Of a DNA stretch of 64,000 nucleotides, positions 51,421-61,237 are shown piece by piece. This stretch comes from Tricharina praecox (Eukaryota), in the NCBI RefSeq assembly GCF_024521635.1, contig NW_026250448.1, positions 62,001 through 126,000 of the forward strand, read 5' to 3'. Each line of letters begins with the position of its first letter. The stretch's first letter is position 1. Below the pieces are notes generated by a model. The model was not told the DNA's origin. It ran no database searches and saw nothing but the letters and a program-made list of their open reading frames with translations. A program made the translations under genes and the position numbers.

Positions 51421-53489
51421 GATCGTCCTCCCCGCGTCGGAGTCTCCGTTGTGGGGAATAAGTTTGTGCGGCTCAGTCCGCTGTAGTACCATATGCATTA
51501 CCCCGCCCCTAGATTTGGGGGATAGGGTTACACCCAGAAGAACAACTTCATAGTATGGCGGCCATCAATATCGATTGGCTTTGAAGCCTTCTCCTGATGA
51601 TCCGCCGATTCCGTGCAGGTTGGGCTGATTGCTCCCATTACGCGAGGCCGCGAAAATGCGCACACACCATCCGTGTACTGGATACCGCATCACTCGTAGA
51701 TTCCACTGTTAGTCAAGTACTATGGCGCCGTCATCCGAATGAGAACCTGTGAATGTTACGATACGCAGCTGTGGCGGAGTGATGGAGGATAGGCTGTCGG
51801 CGAGAGGAGGACGTGAAGGCGGCCTCCTTTCGGCGGGAGTGAACGAATGTGGTTAGTAGTGCGTAATATCGTTAGTCCGAATTGGAGGGATTCAACGTTG
51901 GCGGGCATGGCAGCGTCTTCCTCCCCTTCTTCTTCATCTTCATCCTCTTCATCCTTCTTGATCATCATCTACGGGATAGACAATCAACCTCTATCCCCTC
52001 TCTCATCATCTGCAGAATAGACGATCAATATTTACATCCTGTTTCCCTTGTGTGTTCACCTTCTCTCGACTCGCTTCCCGGCGTGGAGAGGCATTGGCGA
52101 AAGAGCCGTCACAAAAGCTCCTCCATCGCTCGGGCACACGTCCATAGTACACCACCCTCCCGCCCAGCCCCTCAAGATGTGTCTTATCGCAGGTCGTGCG
52201 AGTGAGTCTCAGTGCCGCGGAGTTTGGGTACGCTGGTCCCGGCGGAGACCGGCGGTGGGAGAGGGTTCCGTCTCCTCATTACGAGAATACAGTCCTCTAG
52301 CCCCACGGTCACTCTGCACGCGCGATCATGAATCTACACTACTGAACAGCGCCAACATCTACGACAGCTATGAAACCTGATGGATAAGTCGGACATAGGT
52401 ACCCGAATCCGACCTTTGCTGCTGAGTTTGAATACATCTGACTGACTGGCAGGCTGATATGCCACTGCTAATCTTGAGTAGATTCGACTGCCTCTGAACT
52501 TGCCTATCGGAACCAGAAGCAAGGTGGCCCGCCCGTACTCCGCATGAGGGCCTTGTTCTGCGGTGCCGCCCTACGCTCGCTATTTTTTGTTAGCGGATAG
52601 GTGGATAGGAGTGAAACACTTTTACTTCACCGTTGTGCTTCTAGGCAACAGCCAGGCTGCGTAACGGATGTCTCCGCGGAATCGGGCAAGTGTCACTGAA
52701 AAGCAATGAGCACCGCCGATGAGAGCGGGTCGACTCGGCAAGAAGTTCTATGGACGCACGGAGAGATTACTGGTCTTGCGTGGTTGTTGTGGTTACGAGA
52801 TATGTGCTTCATGCGGGCGGGCACAGTCTGCACACGGACTCGCCGACAGATGAACGCAGCCATTCGTTGTATTCGTAACCGACAGCAGTCCTAAGTAGAA
52901 GCACATCGTGAGCCACCGGAGCTTCTTCCCTATTGATGCGCAGTGCATGATGCGCAGACCATACATTGCACGAGGTTGCATATGGACAGCCAACGATACT
53001 CAATCATGGAGTGCAATGTTTCACTCTTCGGCGAATCATTTCCCACCATGCAGTGACGTGGTGACAGCACTGAAGTACCATGTGACACCGAATCCAGAGG
53101 CCCCCTAAATCACGGGACGGACTTTCCCGGAAATGGTCCATCCGCCCAGTTATCTGCAGGAAACGCGCATCGGGTCAACGAGAATAGTTTTCAGCTGGCC
53201 AACCTCGAAAATCATGCGGGTGGGTGGAGTTTACGTATGGTTCTCGTTTTCATTTCCTACACTCGTTCGCCCTCCATCGTGCGCCGGCACGGCATCGGAA
53301 CTGCGCACTGGCGACCACATCGAGCCGTATACATCGTGTTCACCGTCCGGGTCCCACAACAGATGATATCGCTTAAATGGGGGGAGGGGACGGACTCCTT
53401 CCGACTGTTGGAAACGCGACATCATACTCCATCTCTCACATCGACCCTCTCCATCTGGCGGAGCATCCCCCACCTCACCATATTTTGCC

Positions 53490-56400
53490 ATGGCAACAGC
53501 AAACGGAAGCGCAACTCGCAAAGGAGCACTAACTCCGAGTTATCCGATATTGACAATATCACCGGAAAGATGCACAGAAAAGCTCAAGGCATTCAGCAGC
53601 CGTCAGAAGCCGGGGTTGCTCAATTTGTTTTCCGACAGCGACTTCAAAAATTACGGGGGCAAAGGTGCGGAACTCGTCAACAGCCTGATCTCGAGAGGCT
53701 GTCCCAGAGAAATGGCGGAACAATTCTCTGTTTTGGTGCTATATGATGTGGTCATCTTGATTGGTATGTGATGTCAAACTTGCCGCACGTGATGGGAAAG
53801 AGGCCTAATCGGATACGCGAATGATCAGATAACAGCGATTCACCGGAAGCCGAGAATGCTCGAAGAGAGACGTTAAAGACATTGTTGGATGCAATTGTCG
53901 ATGTTTACGAGCTAGCCAATGACAAAGGTGTGGTCTCTGTCCGGTGCTGCAATCTCCACGACCAATGTACAGATCATAAAGACGTCCGAAGATCAGAGGT
54001 CTCTGGAATCCTCGAGACAATTAAATACGGCGAATCCGCCGAAGTTGGTGGACAGCTGAAGAAACGCATTCTGAGGCCTTTTGTCGAGCACAAAACCATG
54101 ATCAGGCCTTTACTCACTATCGTCATTACGAACGGCAATGTAAGCCATTCCCAATTGTCAGCTACTCCGAGCCCTACTGATCTGAGTACAAGCCTGAGGC
54201 GGAAACTAAGGATGTTTTGAAGACGGCCATCAACAACTGTCTCGTGAAATTGTCCCAAGACCCTACCAAAACAGAAGATGGTCGGTTCAACGATTCTTCC
54301 TGGTTCGGAGTCAAGTCGCTAATATCTTCAGCTGTGGCTTTCATGTTTGCACGAGTCGGCGGAGATCAGGCTGGCAAGGAGCTCGTAAAAGATCTTGATA
54401 ACGATCAGATCTTGGGAGCGTGGATTGATTGCCTACCGGGTAAGTGGAGAAGCGTTTGGTTACCTAAAATCTCACTAACTGGGCAATCTAGTCGAATCTC
54501 GCCTGAAAGATTTCCGTCCGTATGGTCATCGGCCTTACTGGGATGTGGTAAATATCTGGATCCCTCATCCCTGCGCGATCATAAGTTTTCATGAGCTAAC
54601 GATTCTTATCATCAGCTCTGGAAGCTTATGCTTGGAGCTCTATACAAAGTTGTACGTCGCCGTATAGCATTCTCGGACACGCAGAGCTGACTGAATCTAG
54701 ATCGACGCCATGGACGATGACTCTGAGCTCGATGAGGACTTCCTGATGCCACTAGTTTCTAGTAGACCTAAGGCTCGCAACCAATCGCGAGATAACCGTA
54801 TAGCTGTTCCTTCGGCAGGTCCGCCCCCCAAACTTCCGATGCTGGACGCACCTCACGGAGTGCGACCTTCCGCCGAATCTCGTCGTCGAATACCTGCGCC
54901 AGTGGAGGCACCTTCCCCGGAGGTCGTTCCCTACCCTGTATCGGGGGAATTACATAACGGCAGTGCGTTGAAAGAAACTCATTCGAGCATGCGTGCATCC
55001 CAGGACTCGTCACACTCTATCAACCCTCCGAAAGACCGGGATTCCGAGTATGTATCAAAGGCGACCCAGGGCAATCCTTTGCTAGAATCGCCAATTCCAA
55101 TGCCTAATTGCGACAACGAACCAGACATAATACCTGACGCCAGCCACCCGTCAACCGAAAAAGGCTTCAAGCCCTCCACGACAGCGACAGGAATAATCCT
55201 AAACCGATGGTCTACCATTCGAGATGTGGTGGGCCCACACGCCGATCACTGGCCTTCCCGCTTGAAATTTCACATGCCTGAATTGTGGGAACCACATACA
55301 CCTTGCGTCGGGGTTTACTTGACGAGCAGCACCAAGGGCTAATCAGTCACGTTCTAATAGGGATGATACACGCTTGCTGCTAAAGGCTGAGCAGCGTCGC
55401 CAAGATCACGACCCACCACTGTTCGGAAAACTTACAGCTGTTGCGGTCATGAGAACCCAAGATAATGGTTTGATAGCGGCTAGCTTCTGCGGGAAGAAGA
55501 GACTGCAGAAGTGTATCGAGGCGGCCCGGGTAAGTGCACTTGATGCTGGGATGGTGAGACAAAGACTTATGGGTCGTAGGATGAATCGACAGCACCAAAG
55601 TTTCAACTATTGTACGCAATTCCCTTCCTATGCGCCAAAGAGCGACATGATGATCTCGGGATCCCATCAGCATCTTCAATTGTTGCCAATGCTGATATAC
55701 GTTTTCGGCAGCTACATTACTATGAGCGCCACCGGAACGCTTCACATTGCCGCCGACGTGTTCCAGGAACTCGCGTTGTGCTATGATATCCCGGTGGCAT
55801 TCATCAACTCAGTACTTGACTACGGGGGTGAACCTCGGTATACCGCCTTTGGAAGTAGGCCGCCGCGTGCTGAAAAAATACAAGGTATTCTTGACCGTCC
55901 AAGGCGTGTGAGAGAGCGCCAGAATACTAACGAAACATAGTTTTCTGGTACACACTCCCGATCCGACTTGCACTGGACTGTACTACAGAGGCTGGCGGAG
56001 AACAACTTGTCGCCGATCTCACACGGGACTGTACTACAAATCATCACGGAGAACACTCAGACGCCAATCCGGGTTCCGATTACCTACATCTTGACACACA
56101 GAAAACCGACATCGGACAGTTTGACTTGGCCGTATTTTGCAGACACAATCTTCTCGAAAAAACGACGGCCGTCATTTGCGTCTACTTGTGCTCTGGCTTA
56201 CTCGAGTCAGCGGAAGTCACCAAGCAGCGAGTGCTACATGCATTGGACGACGGTGGTATGGGAATGATTGATCGGAACCCCCTTTGGGTAAACATCGTCT
56301 ACATAAGCATGGCTGTGCATTTCTGGAAGGTGACATTTGAGTATGTCGCGTCGGAGTTAAATAGCGATGTACGTGCATCATCTTGGTCACCTGTGAGCCG

Positions 56401-56761
56401 AGGGAGGGGGCCCAGCGGAAACGCTGACTGACGGCATCCAGGAGAAAGAAGTCGCGCACATGTTAGTAAATCAAGCGCAGCTTCGCGTGGTAGAGGACAC
56501 GACGTCAGCGAAATACAAAAAGCTTCATACCATGGACGCGCATTGCCAACGCTACAAGATGGAGCTTGCAACGATCTCAGCAGTGATTGTTGGGATGATG
56601 CGGGAACACAAGGTCATGTCTGAGCAGTTAAAGTTGGATGTCCATGAAGCCCAACGTGTTGGGAGCGCGTTCAAACAACAGCTTGCCGAGACTACTGCCC
56701 TCACCATGGCACAGGAGGACATGGAGAGAAGGATACGGAATCTGTTGACCGTGGTAAGTGT

Positions 56762-56832
<71 letters not shown>

Positions 56833-57385
56833 CTTTCTCAACGGCATACTGATTACCAGAATAACAGTTATTCCATTCCATCCAAGCTGCAAATGACCGG
56901 CAACAGATCGCGAATGGCAAAGCACTCCAAAAGATCTCAGTCGCCAACCAAAACGAGGTCAAACAAACGACGAAGAACAGCCGAGTGATGAAAACGATTG
57001 CCATAATGACGATGACGTTTCTGCCTGGAACCAGTGTCGCGGTAATCTTTCCAAGCTCTTCGGATGTGCTGCGGTAACTGATCCATATATTCCTCAACAG
57101 GCTCTATTCGCTCTTCCATATTTCGAGCACACCGCTGTCCATTCAACATGGTGGATATGGGCCGTGGTCGCGATAGCCTTGACCGGGATAGTTCTTGTGC
57201 TCTACCATTTCATCACGTTCGTAGCGGAGCATCGAGCCGGCGCCGAAGAAAAGGATAGTATGCTCGGCGACGAAGAGGAAGCCGGAATGGCTGGCATGAA
57301 AAGGGATCCTTCTGTGGGCGTCACTAACATCCGGAAGTATATGAAAGATTATCTCCTGTTTTATGTATTTAGGAAGAGCCTTTAG
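53490..57385 (+). CDS. Fusion protein: degenerate-MIDAS vWA9 + Pro/Ser-rich linker + CorA-like subfamily 2 copy D
   Basis: vWA exons 53490-53763, 53829-54139, 54193-54280, 54332-54439, 54492-54547, 54616-54651. Exon 7 from 54701 (IDAMDDD..) has no stop and runs to WPSRLKFHMPEL, where intron 55285-55360 sits at the same site as in copy C. Ends MKTIAIMTMTFLPGTSVA|ALFALPYF..WWIWAVVAIALTGIVLVLY..stop at 57385. Confidence 0.78.
56766..56827. repeat. (CT)n microsatellite inside an intron
   Basis: About 31 CT units following the donor gtaagt. Confidence 0.95.
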
Positions 57386-57594
57386 CAGGGGAATAAACTG
57401 TTCTGATTGAATCAAATGACGGGAATGTTCTGAAAGCGAGGACACTGCTCCGTCTCCTTACTTACTGTCGCTACCGTGTAAAGCGTGCTCGCGAGTCTAG
57501 TCGACAGCTTTCTGGAGAGTGAGATACCTAGCTTGACCGATAACTAGGTGGCCGAAAGCCTGCTCGAGAGCCTTATCGAGGGCTAGCTGGCAGG

Positions 57595-58080
57595 GACGCC
57601 GAGAGCGTGCCGGCAAGCGTTCTCGCGAGCAAGAACAAGTGCATGGTTGAATGTCTAATCAAGAGCATGACGACGAGCAGACCGAGAGCAATACGGCGCG
57701 CAAGGCCGGGAGGTTGCCGCCGAGCGGCACCTGAATTCCAATAGCATGCCGAGTGGATGACCGAGATCACTCCCGAGACCATGACGACCAGCAGGCGGAG
57801 AGCCAGATGACCAGCAAGACCGTGAGGTTGCCGCCGAGCGAAACCCAGACGCCAAGAGCGTGCCAAATGCATGACCGAGAGCACGACCGAGAGCGTGCTC
57901 TCTAGCATGCCGACGAGCAGAGCGTGAGCATGACGGCTGGCCAGCAGTTCTGTAATCATCACTGAGGCAGAGACCGAGAGACTTGCCGAGTGTATCACCG
58001 GCAGAGTGTAGACGGGTATACCGTCGAGGGTGCCCGAGCGCGTGCCGGCGAGCGTGCCTGAGGGCGTGCTGGCAAGAGCA
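57595..58080. repeat. Degenerate short-period GC-rich repeat region (ccgagagc/gagcgtgc/gacgagcag units), probable TE relic
   Basis: Recurrent 8-12 bp units and a duplicated 'gaggttgccgccgagcg' block; no credible coding signal. Confidence 0.45.
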
Positions 58081-58350
58081 CCCTTCAATACTGCTCTGTA
58101 ACATAACTTTCTATGACAAAAAACATTCTACTATGCATGGTAATCGATTGTGTTGTGGTCCTGTGTCGATCTGTTCCATACTCGTGGCTACAATTGGTGG
58201 ATACGTCAACATGCGAGTGATAGATGGTGACCAATCATAAGCGTGACAGTTCACCATGCCTAGTGTACTGCATAATATTCCGTGATGGAGAATACATTGC
58301 ATGATATTCTATGAAGGAGTATGTCATATACCATATATGAGGGAACCAGG

Positions 58351-58672
58351 TGTGAGACTGGAACGGTTTCGGGACGCCGGAGTATTGGATAGATATCGAG
58401 TATAGAATAGAAGTCAGGGATTTCGATAATTCACAGCGGAATAATCTTAAGGGGTATCGCCGGCAGTGTTCAGTGTTCTGGTTCTGTGGTGTTAGGGTTT
58501 CCGGTGACGATAGTCGAGTGACTATATAGTCTACCCGTACACCTGAGCACGTGATCGGAAAACTGTGCCGTGGGGAACTTCGTTGCAAATGCCTTTTTGA
58601 GTCATGTTCTGGCGTAAGCCCTACGAAGAGTCACCCACTGAGTCTAGACCGTAGAGTCGTGTAAGCTGTTGC
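58351..58672 (-). mobile_element. Truncated LTR fragment related to LTR2
   Basis: Starts TGTGAGACTGGAACG; near-identical to 58743-59040 and similar to 59319-59420. Confidence 0.75.
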
Positions 58673-58742
58673 TGTCACGGCTCGGGATGGAATGACGAAG
58701 GAAGGGCAGATGCAAGGATCGAAAGCGTTGGGAGGCAGGATG
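58673..58742 (+). mobile_element. 5' fragment of an LTR1-family LTR in the opposite orientation
   Basis: TGTCACGGCTCGGGATGGAATGACGAAGG matches the reverse complement of 61237-61210. Confidence 0.7.
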
Positions 58743-59105
58743 TGTGAGACTGGAACGGTTTCAGGACGTCGACTCTTTGATACATATCGAGTATAGAATA
58801 AAAGTCAGGGATTTCGATAATTCACAGCGGAATAATCTTAAGGGGTATCGCCGGCAGTGTTCAGTGTTCTGATTGTGCTGGTGTTGGGATTTTCCGTGAC
58901 GATAGTCGAGTGACTATATAGTCTACTCGTACATCGAAGAACGTGATTGGAAAACTCTGTGGTGGGGAACTCCGTTACAAACGCCTTTCAAGTCATGCTG
59001 TGGCGTAAGTGCTACGGAGAGTCACCCATTGAGTCTAGGCAGTGGATTAGCCGTACGCTGTCGTAGGGATAGCCGCTTCCGACTAGGCAAGAAGTGCTTA
59101 CCACT
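58743..59105 (-). mobile_element. Second truncated LTR fragment related to LTR2
   Basis: Direct repeat of 58351-58650; similarity to LTR2 continues to gactaggca..accac. Confidence 0.72.
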
Positions 59106-59318
59106 GCCTACCCAAGCGTAGGTCAGAGTAAGCAGTACATATCTTCATCTCGGCACTGAAAACCAGCCCGGTTCTACAGACTGTCATTTGTCAATGTCGA
59201 TACATGGGTAATCGCGCGTCATAACAGGTTCCTAATCGGCGTTACCTTTGTACGCGGTTACATGGTGCACTGCCTCATGCGATCTCAGCTGTATTGGACT
59301 TTACCGTGCATCACCCGT

Positions 59319-60010
59319 TGTGATACTGGAACGAGTTTGTGTCGTCGGAGTCTATGGTAATATCGAGTGTACAATAAAAGTCAGGAATTTCGATAATTCA
59401 CAACGGAATAATCTTAAGAGTGTTTCTTCGATGGTTTGTTCGGTGCGATCATTGTGTTTTTTGGTTCAGTTGCCCGCTCGGTTCGACTTATAGTCGTCCC
59501 GATCCTCAGCACGGGATTCCTCTAGAGTGCGGCCTAACGTAGCTCCGTTGCTTCCTTTGCATCGGAGTTCCGCGGCCTAGCCTTGAGTCGTCGTCAGCTC
59601 TCTTCGGATAGTCTTCTTGACTAGGCAGGTGGTAAACACCACGTGCCCAAGATAGATCGGAGTTTCCGAGCAATTATCTCCCTCATGCGCCGGCAGAGTT
59701 CTTCGCTCGAAGTTCTCTGCCCCCATAGGTCGATGTTCGATTCTCTCGTCATAACAGTTTTTCCCTGGATCGGAGTTCCTACTGCGGGGCGCTATGAACA
59801 GAGATCTCAAAGTCCTCTGGACTGTTATCCCGATCACCCGCATCTCCGATCACTGTCTAGACTCTGGAATCCGTTTGCTTCCTCCTTCCTATCTTGTCCT
59901 TGATCGCTTCTAACTATCCTTTCGGCTCGCAACTCTATTCTAATCACCCGGACTATCTAATCACATCTCTTGCGACCGTGGTGACCTCCGATACCTATCG
60001 GGGTGTCACA
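59319..60010 (-). mobile_element. 3' LTR (LTR2, ~690 bp) of Ty3/Gypsy element 2
   Basis: Termini TGTGACAC...GTATCACA; preceded on the minus strand by the polypurine tract GGGAGGGGAGATGA (60011-60024). Confidence 0.82.
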
Positions 60011-60102
60011 TCATCTCCCCTCCCACGAGGCTTCAGCCCGAAGCACCCAAGTCCTCGCCTTTATCCTCACCTGATAACTGGGGATGAAGTCCTCCATCCC
60101 CT

Positions 60103-60627
60103 TCATCCTACTACCTGCCCGAGTTCGAGAAAACCACATGGGAAAAAACTCTTACTCATCTGTGAGCCGGTAGTCCCTCGGCGCATCGGGATTTGTGCGT
60201 GAAACTCACGTAGCTTTTCCCGACCGCCTACTGAGAAGTTGTCAAATGGCTCGTTCGTCCAGTCCCCTTGTTCGGGGTAGTTGAGCCATTTCACGAGGTA
60301 GAGCACTCGTCGACCTTTCTTCGAGCTGCCCATAACCTCATCGACGTCGTATTCTTCGTTGCCTTCCACATCATCGGCCTCTCGTAAGATCTGAGAGGGA
60401 TCCGGTGGTGCTCGGGTGCCGGCTCGGAATGGTTCAACGAGCGAGACGTGAAAGACATTATGTATCTTCCACTTCCTTGGCAGAGTGAGCTTGACAGCGA
60501 GCGGCGATACGATCTTCTTGATTTGGAAGGGACCATGGTTCTTGTGGTCCAACTTCCGCGATGGTCGGCGGGTTTGAATGTTCCGCCCGTTAAGCATTAT
60601 CAAGTCTCCTACTTGATGTGCCGGTGC
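60103..60627 (-). mobile_element. pol: Ty3/Gypsy element 2: integrase C-terminus (GPF/Y region) and chromodomain, interrupted at 60628
   Basis: RPSRKLDHKNHGPFQI..IHNVFHVSL..EYDVDEVMGS..YLVKWLNY..TNEPFDN. Confidence 0.85.
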
Positions 60628-61237
60628 TGTAACGGCACGGTCGGGCAAGGCTCCAGGTAGCGAAGTAGGGCTGGGGATCGGGTTCTGGGTTCGGTAGAGG
60701 CAAGACGGGTTCAGGAGACAAGGTGAGGCAGGGCTCAGTGCAGACGGCAACTGGGAACAGAGGCAGGGACAAGGACTACGGCGCAGACGGCAGCCGAGGC
60801 AAGGACAGAGGTAACAGTGGTTGAATTAACAAGTTGTTGCGTGAAGAACTAAATACAGAGGGGCAACGGCCCGTTTATATAGAAAATCCTCCACTTCTTC
60901 CCGCAACCTGACAATGACGGTGGGCGTGTGCCAGACCCTGAGAAATCCACCTTATCAGTACCCCACTTCCGTGACTCACACCCTGCGCAGCCGCACTACC
61001 CCTGCTTCCTGCACACAGCCCCAATCTCCTGCGACTCATTGCTGCGCTATCCCTGCTTCCTGCACACAGCCCCAATCTCCTGCGACTCATTGCTGCGCTA
61101 TCCCTGCTCCCTGCACACAGCCCCCAATCCTCTGCGACTCATCCTTGCACTGCCGGTGCACTGCCTCTGCACTGCCCCCCAACTCTCCCGATCCTTGTGC
61201 CGACCCTCCCTTCGTCATTCCGTCGCGAGCCGTGACA
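60628..61237 (-). mobile_element. 3' LTR (LTR1, 610 bp) of Ty3/Gypsy element 1, with an internal 51-bp tandem repeat (~x3, 61000-61140)
   Basis: Termini TGTCACGG...CCGTTACA; polypurine tract AGGAGGGACTAC immediately upstream on the minus strand. Confidence 0.85.

Noticed and set aside
53440..53490. 'RSIPHLT' in ORF 53237-53746 resembling SIPHLTFG of CorA-like A/B
   Set aside because: Only a 6-aa match in the 5' UTR of vWA9 with no flanking similarity; most likely chance.
56552..57097. ORFs with ER/LS dipeptide runs
   Set aside because: They are translations of an intronic (CT)n microsatellite.
60628..60750. N-terminal part of ORF 60103-60750 as coding
   Set aside because: It is LTR1 sequence fortuitously in frame with the interrupted integrase of element 2.
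44273..61140. Short tandem repeats (19 bp, 45 bp, 51 bp, 93 bp) as CRISPR-like arrays
   Set aside because: No unique spacers, eukaryotic intron-containing context, and no cas genes.
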